Below, piece after piece: positions 11,660 through 24,584 of a stretch of 64,000 nucleotides of DNA. The DNA is from Dicyema japonicum (Eukaryota; Animalia; Dicyemida): positions 1 to 64,000 of the forward strand of contig RDEW01000033.1 of assembly GCA_011109175.1 (NCBI GenBank), given 5' to 3'. Made by a program: the position numbers and the translations under genes. How positions within the stretch are numbered: the stretch's first letter is position 1; every line of letters starts with the position of its first letter. The notes beneath the pieces are model-generated. The model made no database searches. It saw nothing but the letters and a program-made list of their open reading frames with translations, and was not told the DNA's origin.

Positions 11660-13599
11660 TTAATTATACTTTGTGGGAATTATTTTATGGAAATTTAAAT
11701 TAGTTATTAAATAATAATTTGTTAATTTATTAAGATGTTGTTTGATAACCACCCTTAGGTTGCCATGGATCCGAGTCTTTAATTTTTTTCTATGATTAAG
11801 CTTTAATCTTACAAAGTGTTTCAAAACCATGTAACCAGCCGCATAACCGAGTGTTAGCACGCCTGGGGAAAAATCAATGAATATGTTCAAAACTTTTCCA
11901 CTTGTCACTGTGGCTGCTTCAGAATATTGAAAGTCAGCAAACATCGAAATTAAAATAACCTAAATTCTCTTGAATAAATACTGTAAGTAAAATTGGAGCT
12001 GTTCCCCCGATCGTAAATAACCAATAATAGTTGAGCTTTTTCCCCAACATAAGTTCCATATCCTTCATGTAATTTTTATATCCTAAAATGCAAAAATGAT
12101 CTACCATGGACGTAAATGGCAGCAATGCATTCAAAAATTCCAATCCATATGAAATCAGTGCTGATCCCATTATCAACAACGTCTAATAAAAATAGTCCAC
12201 CCTGTAAATAATAATATTTAAAACCTCAAAACACATTGGTAGTCCAATGATAAAGAACGTCAAACAAATTGTAGCCCGGAATAAAATATTCATCTTCCGA
12301 CTATGACTTGGCAACATTTTTTCCAAAATACTTAAGTTGTTTTCAGTGATTGATAGCTGTTAAATTAAATTTGTATATACTATAGAACCAAGTCCAAGTA
12401 GCATCATCATTAAAAAGAATAATACTGACCAAAGTTGAGGAAGTGGAAGTTTTGAGACACCAGTTGGGTACACGACGAACGCTAAACCAAATCCTGTGAT
12501 AAAGATTATATTGATTAACCTCCTTGAACTATTTCGCTTATTGGTTTATTTTGCAGGTATGCCAAATAACCGCATGTAGAAAACACGGAAAATCCAACAT
12601 AAAATGACGTCCCGCAATTTAAGAAGGACACTAAGACGGCATCCCTGATGGCGTTATTATTGAATTTGTTATGACTCGATAAAGTGACAATACCCCCAAA
12701 ACAAGTCGACAGGGAAAAGAAAATTTGAGTAGCCGCATCCTTCCATACCTAAGATTATATGATATATTTACTTTATTTTCTTTGAGCCTCTCATTTTTTG
12801 GTTTCAAGTAATAAATGATCCCGTCTTTAGAACCTGGTAGGAGAGCAGTACGAATCACCAAAATTGTCATCATCACATATGGGAATATTGAAGTTATGTA
12901 GGAAACCTAGTAAATGTTATTTGAGAAGAGACCTTCCCCAAACTTTTAATAGAAAACGATAGGCATAAAAATACGATGAACCAAGCGACAAAATATCCTG
13001 CGACCATATTATTCACTGGCATTCCAAAATCTCCAAATCCAGATGATATTCTCAGGATTTTGTGACTTTACATAAAATTACTGATAAATACTTATAAAAT
13101 TCTGATGCCTCTTTTCCTTCAGAACCTTTAAATTAAATAAATAAATACAATTCTTATTCCAGCTGTTGTTGCATGTAGTCCATGGTAAAGGATTTTTAAA
13201 AGAATAATAAAAAAATTGAACACACAATCCAACCAAAATGTTGTAATAGCACCCCAAAACACATGAGATGTACAGACAACTATATCCAATGCCTATTTTC
13301 TGATAAATTCACCCAACCTCGGAATGCGGGTGCTATATTCCAACATTGAAGCCATTAAGCCCGCAAAATTGTCCCAAGGATATTTCCAAGAAAAAATACT
13401 GGAAGTCCGATCAAAAAAAGACTCAAAAAATACGGCAAAAGAAAGGCCCCTATTACTTTATTGTTTATTTCAACCTCCGCCATTTTCATAGCACAAAATA
13501 TGGGAATCTCCATACATTTCCCAAGCCAATAGCAAAGGAAAGAAGAGTCAGAATGAATTCTATTTGTTTAGTCCATATCAGGTTCTCGTTTTTGCTCAT
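11660..13599 (-). CDS. SLC6 sodium:neurotransmitter symporter family transporter
   Basis: [28 protein letters not shown]|[73 protein letters not shown] and ELMLGKK. Micro-introns present. Several one-base homopolymer indels (assembly error or pseudogene). 3' end approximate. Confidence 0.85.
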
Positions 13600-14156
13600 A
13601 AAACTAATTTATTATATTTTTTAACTAAAATAATGATACGCTAAAAATTATTCACTTACAATTCCTTATCGTGTAAATTACTGCGTTACAATATTTATAA
13701 TGATTTTACCACAATTTAATTTCATAGAAAACAGTTTATTGCTCAAACATTAGGCAAACCTCAATTTGTTTCAATTCCTCTTTGTAATTAGAAAGTGCAT
13801 TCGAAAAATCATAAAGTATTCGTTTATGTCGTAATATTTTAAAAGGTTAATCTCAAGATGAAGCATTGAGTATTCCAATTTATTATCAAAAGTCACATGA
13901 TTTTCAAGGACTTTAGAGTAACTCTCAGCTTTTAGCAAATTTATCATAATTTTGATTATTTAAAGTCATAGTTGAGGTTAAATAAATTAAGAAAATTGTT
14001 AAGTCAAATCAATGAAAAATTAACTATTTGATTGTAAAAACTGTTAATGATAAACTAAACCTCCTCTTTGCCTTGTTCTCGCTCAACAGTTTATTTAAAT
14101 AGTTTCCATAAAATTAAGATAAAGAATTTTAAACTAACAGTGTTAACGAATTTTTG

Positions 14157-15100
14157 AAATATCAATTTACGAAACAATTCTATTCTCGGGACGACTAGAG
14201 TATCGGACTCAGAGAGTCTTATTCTTGAAGATTTCAAAGTGACTGAGGATCGTCGGGAAATAAAATTCCTGTTCCAAAAGATTTATCTGGCAATTGTCAT
14301 GAAAAACAGCCAATCCATTCTGTCTGTTCTGATAATGTCAGTCCTATTAACTTTGCCTTGTTTGATAAACAAATAATAAACATTTTATCTGCATTATAGA
14401 GTTGACATTATTTTTAATGATAAATAATCTTCCTTGTATTAATAGAATTTAGATATTTCTGATGTCTAATTAATTTCCTTGGAAATAAATTCCAGATAAC
14501 AATTAATACAATTATTGATAATTTGATATGTTTTTGAATTTACATTCCGCGGTTCATTCATTCGTTAGAAATATTTTTGGTTCTTAAATGTTGAATAGGA
14601 AGGAAACTGAAATTGGGAGAGGATCTGGATGATCTGAGGGAAACAGGGAAAATGGAAACGAATTACAGCTCGTATCCTGAGATGCACGGCAAAATTGGAA
14701 CCTCAAATTAGTTAACTTTTCTGGTTCCGCAAATTTTGTTATTAATAATAATAAATATTGAATACCCATTTTACAGTTTATAAATATTTTCTTAATTTTT
14801 ATATGGAAAAATATTATTTACTTGGAAATAAATCAACAATCTGCTATAAATAGCAAAATAAATTTTTGTCATAACACCAAGTCTTGGATAACTGAATTCA
14901 TGAAGTATAGGGATAGCCTTATTATTTCGACACTCATGGCATTCTGATGATCCACAGCAACAATCAACCAGCAATATAAACAAAATTGATTTTATAGGCA
15001 AAAAATGGACTATAATGTTTTTGAAATTTATTATTAACCACAAGCTTACAATTTTTGGTCCATTACTTGAATTATCTAAAACTTAATTTAATTTTATATG
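14157..15100 (-). repeat. Segmental duplication unit, copy 1 (putative secreted Cys-containing protein gene or pseudogene)
   Basis: Aligns with 16913-17565, 17810-17997 and 18465-18505, with a partial third copy at 15860-16020. Minus strand has a hydrophobic N-terminus (PIKSILFILLVDCCCG) and intron-like GT..AG segments. Confidence 0.7.
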
Positions 15101-15860
15101 CACTTGCGGAGCTTGAGAAATGGTTTCTCAGCGTAAATGTTAACAAAACTGAAATTACGGAAATCAAAAGAGAAGACGATATTACTCATGAAAGATGGAG
15201 ACGTACTAATAAGCTCGGCTCTCTACTAGGAGACGCTGAAGAATGTACTAAGGAGGAAAACACTGGCAAATGCGGCAATGGCTAAACTGAAGAAAAGGAT
15301 GGGCTAAGGGCCAAAGGACTTGGAATTGACATCAGATACAGGCTTTACAACGCGTTAGTAAACCGATTTTATTGTACAACGCTGGGACATGGGAAAGTTC
15401 CTTCAACGAACTATTGAAACTGGATTCGTTCCATAGAAGGCAAACTAAGGAGCTTACTCGAATGGAGTGACCACATAAATATCAACCACTGGTATCTACA
15501 ACAAGTGTATGTGTTCTTACATCAGCAAGGATGTGATAGACGGCCCGGTGGAGGCTATTTGGGAATGTACTAAGAATAAACCCGGACGCACCCGTTAACA
15601 AAGCGATGGAAGATTACTTTGACAGTTGCGAAAAACCCTTCCGCGGACGACCTAGATCGACACTTCCGACAGCCTTAAACAAAGACTTAAATCGTGTGAG
15701 AAAAAATCTAAAGACGAGGGACGACCTGGACGAATTGAGATCACTTGCATTCGACAGAGGAAGATTGAAAAGACTAACTATAAATATTGTTTCTTTGAGT
15801 GTTGCACATGAGGCTATAATCATTATGGCTTTCGTGAAAGTGCCTTAATAATAAAAATAA
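15100..15860 (+). mobile_element. RTE-clade LINE, 3' fragment
   Basis: VNKTE, KLGSLLG, RLYNALVKPILLYNAGTW, RWRLFGNVLR and KPFRGRPRSTLPTAL. (TAA)n tail. Confidence 0.85.
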
Positions 15861-16039
15861 TTTTCCTTGTATTAGTAGAAATTAGATATTTCTGATGTCT
15901 AATTAATTTCCTTGGAAATAAATTGCTGATAACAATTAATCAATTGTCTATAATTTAATGATTTTGAATTTACATTCCGCGGTTTATTCATTCAAATTAG
16001 TTAACTTTTCTGGTTCCGCGGACATTAATTTATTTTAAA

Positions 16040-16912
16040 ACCCAAGGATTACCAAAAAAGAAAGAATTAACTTGCTAAATTAAGTGATCCCAGCCTTAAA
16101 CATCTCTTGAATAACTTTCGAATGGTCCGCCAGTGAACCAACAGCGTTTTTGAAGTGTTTTCTTTTATTTCTGCAGAGAAATTCTATCGGAGTGCACTTT
16201 TTTAATGCCGATCTGAATTCCTCCGCATGAACCACCCTCTCTCTGAATGGCTTTCCTACCTCATTGCACATACGTAGAAAGCCCAGGCCATTTCTCTCCG
16301 TCTCCTCCTCTGAAAACAGAATGGGGACGGATGTGAGTCTGATTGTATATGCCTCATGATCTTTCGTCTGAGAGAGTTCATACACTCCACCTCTGTAGAA
16401 GGAATAGCAAATCTCCAGGCAGAACAGGCATATTCAATCGTCGGCGCAATAACTTGGAGATATACTTTGCTGATACAAGCAGTAGGAAGGAAGGGGCTCT
16501 TCTTTACGATGGCTTTTAGGACGTTCAATTTTCGAAGATCCTTGGTTAACACCTCCGTGTGACTGGCGAACGTCATCAGAGAGTCGAAAATTACTCCAAA
16601 GATCCTTCTCGATTCGTGTATAAGGGATGAAAATGTTTCCGAGGAATATTTCAAGTCCACCTTTAAATTTTCTGTCCGTAGTAAATAGAGTGAACTGAGA
16701 CTTGGATGCAGACACAGAAAGCAAATTCATGGATAGCCAGTCACACACCTGGTTGAGGTTTGACTGAACCACCGCCACAGTCCTGGAGGGAGATTTGTTC
16801 CTTGGATCGATAATCAGGTAGTCCGTATAAAATAAAAACATGGTATCCTGATCATTGTTCGTAGGTAAATCGTGTAGAAATAAGTTAAATAAGAGAGAAG
16901 ACAGAGGGAGAA
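16040..16912 (-). mobile_element. I/Jockey-group LINE, RT C-terminal 3' fragment
   Basis: LSSLLFNLFLHDLP, YTDYLII and IAPTIEYACSAWRF. Close paralogue at 49150-49660. Confidence 0.85.
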
Positions 16913-18505
16913 ATTTCAATTTACGAAACAATTTTATTCTTGGGACAACTGGATTATCAGACTCAGACAGTCTCATTCTTGAAGATTTCAAAGTGACTGA
17001 GGATCGTCGGGAAATGGAATACCTGTTCTAAAAATTTATTAGCAATTTCATGAAAAACTGCCACTAATTTTGTTTTGAAAATGTCATTCCTATTAACTTA
17101 CTCTGTTTGATAAACAAATAATATTGCATTTTATCTGCATCATAGAGTTGACGTTATTTTTAATGATAAATAAACTTCCTTGTATTAATAGAATTTAGAT
17201 ATTTCTGATGTCTAATTAATTTCCTTGGAAATAAATTGCAGATAACAATTAATACAATTGTCTATAATTTGGTATGTTTTTGAATTTACATTCCGCGGTA
17301 TATTCATTCAAATTAGTTAAAAATATTTTTGATTCTTAAATATTGAATAGAAAGGAAGTTGGTATTGGGAGAGGATCTGGATGATCTGATGGAAACAGAG
17401 AAGATGGAAACGACTTACAGCGCGTATCCTGAGATGCATGGCAAAATTGGAACCTCAAATTAGTTAACTTTTCTGGTTCTGCGGACATTGCTATAATAAT
17501 AAATATTGAATAGCCATTTTACAGTTTATAAATATTTCTTAATTTCATATGGAAAATATTATTTAATAATAATAAAGCCTTTTCACGAGAGCCATAGTAT
17601 TTATAGCTCCGCATAGGCAGGACACACACTTTATTTAAGTAAAGAACAGTTAATTTTAACTAATCGTAGAACCAAGAAATGATCTTCACTTCTTTTTTCT
17701 TTTTCTTGTGTGAGTGTCTTTTCTAGACATTCCAGTTCCGCAGTGAGTATCCACTGATGGCGGCGTCACTCGTCAAACCCTTTCTGCATCGTAGATGCGT
17801 GGAACCTTGTTGTCATAACACCAAGTCTTGGATAACTGAATTCATGAAGTATATGGATAGCCTTATTATTTCGACACTCATGGCATTCTGATGATCCACA
17901 GCAACAATCAACCAGCAATATAAACAAATTGATTTTATAGGCATAATGTAATTGAAATTTATTATTAACCACAAGCTTACAATTTTTGGTAAGCCCAGCA
18001 CAAACAGTCCCGACTAATCAATCAAAGGAAGGAACCAAAGAGAGAAACTCTACTTGTCAAATCCATCCTCCAATAGTCCATTAAAGACTTCCGCTTCTTA
18101 AAAGAGGTGGAGGTCAGCCCTCTACATTTCATCACACGTCCTACGTCGCATACATAACTACATTTTTAGATGGAAGATTTTCATAAGGTTAATGTCACAT
18201 GGACCACCACCTACGCATGGGCGACTGGTTACATTGTTGTGGTTTCCTATCCTTGGAACAAACTAATTTTCAAACAATGAACATTTATTACCAAAAAAGT
18301 GAGCAAATTATCATATACAGCGTCGCAGGCGCAGGAGAATTGTCAAGTTCAAGGAACAATTATTAAATTAACTATTTTTTAAGTCTTTCTATTTCCACAG
18401 TCCATATTTCTCCTTGAAATCGTTTATCTATTAATTTCGAACGATTATTTAAATCTTCCATCTACTCCTTACTTGAATTATCTAAAACCTAATTTAATTT
18501 TTTAT
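16913..18505 (-). repeat. Segmental duplication unit, copy 2, interrupted by insertions
   Basis: Colinear with 14157-15100. A family B 3' end sits at 17565-17812. Confidence 0.7.
17565..17812 (-). mobile_element. Family B LINE-like 3' end
   Basis: Degenerate ORF end (SEHLT..C..KEVKSFLGS consensus across copies), AATAAA, GAGCTATA/TATGGCTC hairpin and (ATT)n tail. Confidence 0.6.
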
Positions 18506-18799
18506 AACCACAAAGTACTGAATTTATTCTAGTTATTCCACGATATCTTTCACAAGGGCTCTATTAGAAAATGAAATTTTTCCACACTTAAAACTGGTGT
18601 TAAATGCCCCACTCAGATATTTTCTAAAAAGACCCTCCAGACGAATACTAAATACAGCCTGGTCATCAATGCCTGGCCTGTCTGACTTACCTACATCATC
18701 GAACATCACAATAAGTGCAAGAGATTATCGGAATTGATGATTCTAATTCTGAATAGACCAGACTACCATAAAAAATAACCCAAGGATTCCAAATACACG

Positions 18800-20690
18800 T
18801 TGTGAACGTTAAGTGGATAAAAGAAGCGATTGCTTGCCGCTTTGGACTGCACCCATTTTCCTACAGGAAGAGTGTGGGGAGATCTCCAAAACCTTTGGAT
18901 GCTCCCGGACACCCTTTTATGCTCGAACCAGTCGGCCTTTGCAGACGTGACAAATGGTATGATCATCTTCCTCTTTGAAGCCGGAAACCTCTTGTCTGAG
19001 GTGTCTCATGCATCGACACATTCGCCCCTAGAAACCTAAATCAAAGTGCTTCTGGTCTTGCTCTTTTACTGAGAAGGCCAAGAGATCAAAAAACATCCGA
19101 GGCAATGACCGCGGATATTTACAAGGGAGATAGGAGACTCCCTCTTGCAAAAGTTCTTGTTGGATCAAGGGCGGAGGCTACATCGCTTGTTTCTTAGCTT
19201 TCAACATTCCCCACGTGCCGATTACATGTGAATGGTACAGAAGAGGCCCACCTAGGTGCTTCAAATGCCAACGCTATGGACACATATCCTCCTTCTGTAA
19301 GGAGAAGACAAGATGTCTCCGTTGTGCAAGGGAACACGACCTGACTGCTTGTGGAGAGACTCCTGGGAACACAATGAATTGCATAAATTGTGGCTCGTCC
19401 TCACATTGTGCCAGATATGATGGATGTTCAGCAGTTAAGAAATCTGATCAGAGGAAAGCAACTAAAGCGATGGACAGGCGATAATCGGCGATATTGGGAA
19501 AACGTGGACAGCAAAACAGTTACGTCAAAGTCGGCACATAAAATTCGTCAAAAACCGAACGATGTCTCACTCAATCTATCAGAGAAGATATACACTGAAA
19601 TATCGGAGATTATGTCACGGCTAAACTATCTGTGCTCGATTGCACATGTGGATTTATTGGAAACGGTGACCTTGGCTTTTAAGAAGCAAGGCCATCCAAA
19701 TGTTCGAAGCAAGGACTAAAAATAGTGCTAGTGAATGCCCGATCCCTAGGGAAAAGGCATAATGAACTAGCACTACTTGCGAGGGCCTCCAAGATCGACA
19801 TCTTGGTGGTCAATGAAACGAAATTAAAGACAGCGAAGAGTAATATAATGACTGGATACAATTCTGTGGACATTTTATGGAAGGCTGAAGCAGTTGCTGG
19901 TACGGGAACGTCTATTTTCTACCGGGACTGCCTCCGAATTCAAAATCCAAAAGTCGTTTGTGATGTGTGTGAATTTGTAAGCATGGACGTTTGTTTCCAC
20001 GGAGAATGGATTATTGTTGGAGGTCTATCTCCAAGAATCTTGAGACTTGTTATACAGATATCACTGAGTTCTACAACAAGAATTCCTATACTATCTCAAT
20101 TGGCGATATTAATTCAAGAAGAACACTAGTTATGGTTGTAGCAAGACAAATCAGGATGGACGACGTTTAGAATTATTGTCTGATTCATGTGGCTTTGTGA
20201 TCCTTACGTCGGATGACCCAAATCATTTTTCTTATCATGGTGACAAACTCGGCGTATTCCTAGTATCGCCAGCTCTATCTGTGTATGTGCAAGTCGATCA
20301 ATATGCAAGTCGAGAACTAACGAATCTCATGTAGTCATATCTTCACCTATATGCACGAAGGGTTTTCTCAAAAATAATCATTATTTTATGTCGCCAATTA
20401 TTATGAAGCTTATTCGTGAAAGGAATCGCCTAAGTGCAAAGCAAAGGCGTTGTGTCGACAAAATAGACGGGGAATTCATATCAGCCAGAATCAGGATGAT
20501 GAAGGAAGCAATCAGCAGTATATGGAAGGAGGAGACTGACCGTATGTGGAAGGCTGAGGCTGCGAAAATTGATCTTTTTGGAAATGCTATCAGAAGATAA
20601 TGTGTCCGAAGTTGGGAGCAGAAAAAATTATATTGAATAAACCAGACGGGGGAGTATGCATAACGGAGGAAGCACCTTCGATATTTAGTC
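18800..20690 (+). mobile_element. I/Jockey-group LINE 5' part: gag-like ORF1 and APE endonuclease
   Basis: Three CCHC knuckles (CFKCQRYGHISSFC, CLRCAREHDLTAC, CINCGSSSH) followed by VNARSL..IDILVVNETKL. No RT downstream. Confidence 0.82.
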
Positions 20691-20759
20691 AATTTGGGAA
20701 TTTGAAAAAAAATATATTTTGTTTTTTAATAATTTGTCGCCAATTTGAGAATTGGCCAA

Positions 20760-20830
20760 TTTCTTAGGAAAATTGGCTTTTTCTAACAACTTTTAGTCAT
20801 AAGTTGGCCAATTAGATGGACTTTACTGTA
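20760..20830 (-). mobile_element. Solo Tc1/pogo-type terminal remnant
   Basis: Revcomp TA-CAGTAAAGTCCATCTAATTGGCCA resembles pogo TIRs. No partner found. Confidence 0.3.
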
Positions 20831-20877
20831 TTTGAAATAAATTAATTAAATAACTTAATTATGGTACGGCTGGAAGT

Positions 20878-21035
20878 ATTACAGCCTCTTTCCTAAAGGA
20901 AATCGGGGAAAATTGGCCCACCGCAAGAAAGACGTGCGGGAAGCGGTCTGGCTGAGGCAAAGAATTGGTATCGCTGTTATTCGCGGAAACGCTTACTCCG
21001 TGATGTCAGCAGCCGCTCTCCCCCATAGTTAATAA
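20878..21035 (+). mobile_element. CRE-clade 3' end fragment
   Basis: FLKEIGEKLAHRKKDVREAVWLRQRIGIAVIRGNAYSV matches the C-terminus of 7298-7804. A-rich tail. Confidence 0.75.
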
Positions 21036-21229
21036 ATAATATTTTATTGTTAATAAATTTTTGTTTAAAAAAAAAAAAATTTAAAAAAAAAAAATAAATA
21101 ACTTAATTAAATTAATTTTAAAATTTAATTAAAAAATTCGTGCTAGATTTTTCCGGGCTTATTTTCGAAAAACCCCGTAATAAGCAAATGCCACATTTGT
21201 TGACTCTTATTATTTTATAGAGTCCAGAA

Positions 21230-22620
21230 ATCTTTCCATTGCCTTCAGTAGTAGACCTCGACTGACCGTGTCAAAAACCCTCGAGTCATGGTAGGGATTG
21301 TAGTTGTCTTTTAATTTCTTTGGTTTACAGCGCAGAGCTACTTGTGGCTCCAAACTAAATCCGTCGTTGATCTCCCAGTCATGAATCCATTATGACTTTG
21401 TGCAAGATAGTCCCAGTTGATCTTGAAAAAATTAATTTATTTTTCTGTGTAGTGTCATGTACATAATTGTGTGTTTCTATGGTATCATTTAGCAAATTTT
21501 CAAAGTAGGCCTCTATGTATTCCATTCGATCGATAAGGTTTATCAGAAGCTTTCCATTACCGTCCTGCAGTTTTATTTTTGATTCTTTCGTTTGATCGTC
21601 CGTATTACACTGTATATTCTGTAGGGGGTTTTCAGTTCTTCCAATTCTGCAATTTTTGTTTCCAGTAAATTTATGTCGTACTTTCTATTAAGTTTATTTA
21701 TTCTATTCTGAATAAACGTTCGTTTCGACCTGATTAATCGGGCACTCTCCCAAAGTATTTTTAGAAGTCGTATTTTTGGTGCATCGGGGCAAGTTTTGTC
21801 TTTGTATACTGCTGGAGTCTGTGTCACCGTAGAGAAATATCATCTTTAATGAGAGTGTAAATCCCTCCAAGGGGGAGTTCTTTATCAGTGTTGCCGATAA
21901 TCTTCTCAATGGAAATTTGATAATTTTCCCTCTTTTGTCCGGATGCCCATAGCTGTTCAGTCTTGTATCTTCTGACCTATGTCACAGGTTCTCCTTGCTT
22001 CGAAGTTTTCATAAAAAACAAGCGGAGTATCAGCTCCTCCAAAAGATCTTGATGACAGTAAAAGACACTTTTCTTCTAAGTAGAATATGATGTAGTCTAA
22101 AAATGTTGATTATTTTTTCCGTGAAACAAATTTTTCTTCCAGTCCACGTAGTTTTGACTAGCTGGATGTTGAAAGCAGATGTTCCATAAAATAAGACTAA
22201 ATCCTTGATATAAGTTGGCCAGTGATTCTGATTCATCTTTCATGTCAACCTATAAAGGCCTCATCCCCTTTTTGGACTGCTACTTCGTATTCCAGTCTCC
22301 TGCAATGAGCAGCCGATAGTAAAATTGAAGTTCCATCATTGTCCTCCCCAATTCCTCGTAGAATTGGTCAAGTTCTTAACGATTTCGCATAACACGCCCA
22401 CTGTGTGGAGCATAGACATTTACGATCGTATTAAACCTCCTTGACTCTTTACTAGGTTTCATTTTAATTGTATTAAACAGATCCTGCTGTTAACTATTCA
22501 GTAGTTGTACAAACATGGGATAATATCCTTTAACATATCCTTGACCATAGTGTCTCGAATTAGAAGGAATCAGCATTAACGCATAGTTTCCATGCTCCCC
22601 GTACTGTCATCTTTTTTGCA
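21230..22620 (-). mobile_element. RTE-clade LINE endonuclease/RT fragment
   Basis: IVNVYAPH, LIAGDWN, TTWTG and FDTVSR motifs in broken frames. Confidence 0.75.
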
Positions 22621-22653
22621 GGCAACATACCGGATCTCATAATAATACAATTA

Positions 22654-23562
22654 CAGTAAACCCTCATTAATCCGAACTTCAATAATCCGAATTTTTCTGA
22701 TGAGTTAGCAAAATTTTACAAAGTTTCCTTACAAACAGACTTCAATATGTCACAAAAGTAATATTTGTGAAATAAAAATACATCAAATATGACTCTTAGA
22801 GAATTATCCCATATCTGTGAAATAAAAATGAACCCTTATTTGGGAATTTATACACTTTCAGAAATTCTAAAAAACCGTAAAAGTTGGAAAACTGTGAAAC
22901 TACGATTAACAAGTCAAGAGCTAAGTGGTAAACGTCTTCAACTTGATAATTCGAATAGATGAAATTAATGGTTATATTACTGAAGATATCATTATTTCAT
23001 AAGTTAAGTATTTAGTGAAAAGCTCGGAATCAATGATTTTGAAGTTAGTAAAAATTACACAGATTTAAAGGAAGATTTAATCTTAAACTAAAAGTTCTTC
23101 TTGGTGGAGCTAACAATTTAACACAAGATGAAATTAATTTGAATAGACGAATATGAATAGTTAAAAAAAGTTGACCATGATGTATTGCTAAAAATGGATG
23201 AAACTAGACTCTTGTTTCAATCTTGCCCTTTTAAAACGATTTCATCTAAAGATAGAAATGGCATAAAGCAATCAAAAGTGAGGATTACTAGCTCTTTGAG
23301 CTAATGAAACTGGAGCAATAAAAATTAATCCTTTTTATTGGCGATAATGAAAGACCAATTTTTTAAAAGATTTTGACTTTGAAAATTATTGTATTATGTA
23401 AAAAAATAAAAGGGTTTGAGTGACAACATAATTTTTTAGTGATGAATTAAATTGTTACAGAAAAACATAAATATTAACTACAATGAAATTAATATATTTA
23501 TTCCCCTTCACAATCCGAAAGGCATCAAAAATTTTTTAGTTCGGATTAATGAGGGTTTATTG
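22654..23562 (+). mobile_element. Internally deleted pogo/Tigger element (909 bp)
   Basis: TA-flanked 25-bp TIRs CAGTAAACCCTCATTAATCCGAACT / CAATAAACCCTCATTAATCCGAACT (24/25 identical). Remnant MDET.LLFQSCP.KT and LGINDF. Confidence 0.87.
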
Positions 23563-23790
23563 TATTTACAGATGTTGATTAACAAAGATTTAATTTTATT
23601 AATTATATTTTTAATAATAATTAATATAAATAAAAATTTTAAAAATTTATAGCACGTTATTCTTTCGCCACGCTTTGAGAGGTGTCGATGTAGTTTAATA
23701 TTTTTTCACTATTTATTATGTTATCTCGCATTTTTATATATTGTTAAATTTACTATACTGAATGATTTTTATCATTTTTACACATTTTAG

Positions 23791-24584
23791 ATGCCCAAAC
23801 TTACACTACAATCCAAGAAAGCTAAAAAGGTAGCTAAAAGGACTAAAATCGCCGATAAACTTAAGGGTGTATCCTCCGTGCCTGATCGCTCAGTATGACT
23901 TCTTGTCAATTTATAGGGAATGTTGTTGGTTTCGAATATTCGCAATGAAAAAGAACAGCTGTCTAATTCTGATTTGCTAAAGCAGGTCCTCGATGCTTTG
24001 GCTCATATTGTTTCGAAAACATCTTTGGGACCTCAACTTTCGAAATTACATTTGAACAGTGTTAAGGTTTGTGTTTGTAGCTCAACCATTAGGAAGTTAT
24101 CAGTCCTGCTGGTGAGAGGGCTATTCTTCTTTTTGTGCCAGTTCCGGAAATGTCTTCATATAGGGATATTTTTGAGGAACTAGTCACTGAACTTTCTTCT
24201 TGTTTCGGTCCTACTGCCTCTTCTAACTCTCCTACTTTCTTTATTCTCTCTAACCGTCGGATTATTCCACGAGAGAGCAAGAAATATTTGTTTAAGCAGA
24301 AAAGGCCCAGGTTGTCACCTATAAATATTGTTTTTAGGAGTCGAACTCTTACAGCTGTGCATGAACAATGGTTGTCTGACTTGGTCTATCCTGCTGACAT
24401 TATTGGTCGTAGAATGAGATATTTTCCTGTCTCTGAAGTAGGCGAGAGTAAAACTAAAGTTCTTCACCGGGTCCTGGTCTCAGATAAATTTCAATACAAA
24501 CTCGAAGACAAGAAGGATATTTTGACAGCTGTCTATAGCAGTTTGACTCGCAAGACCTTTGCTTTAGGGTTCGCCCCTTCTTAA
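23791..24584 (+). CDS. RPS7: 40S ribosomal protein S7 (eS7), divergent
   Basis: Introns 23893-23916, 24067-24092 and 24311-24337. AILLFVPVP, NRRIIP, KQKRPRSRTLTAVH, DLVYPADIIGRRMR and VYSSLTRK. Confidence 0.92.

Noticed and set aside
11660-13599. Calling SLC6 a pseudogene because of several frameshifts
   Set aside because: The breaks are one-base indels, mostly in homopolymers, the same pattern seen in essential GET3, and motifs are otherwise well conserved.
14300-14600. In-frame TAA/TAG in the duplicated orphan locus, suggesting ciliate-like Gln reassignment
   Set aside because: RPS7, PFDN6, NDUFA7, HP1 and SLC17 end in TAA at the expected positions and have no internal TAA/TAG.
16434-16991. 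185-aa ORF as a novel RT-fusion gene
   Set aside because: It is a chance read-through across the junction between duplication copy 2 and a truncated LINE, and it changes LINE frame midway.
22938-22961. Possible 31-nt intron (GTAAAC..AATAG, about 22929-22959) in the 909-bp pogo remnant
   Set aside because: The element is too decayed to show that removal restores a conserved motif, so it was not counted among the transposase introns.
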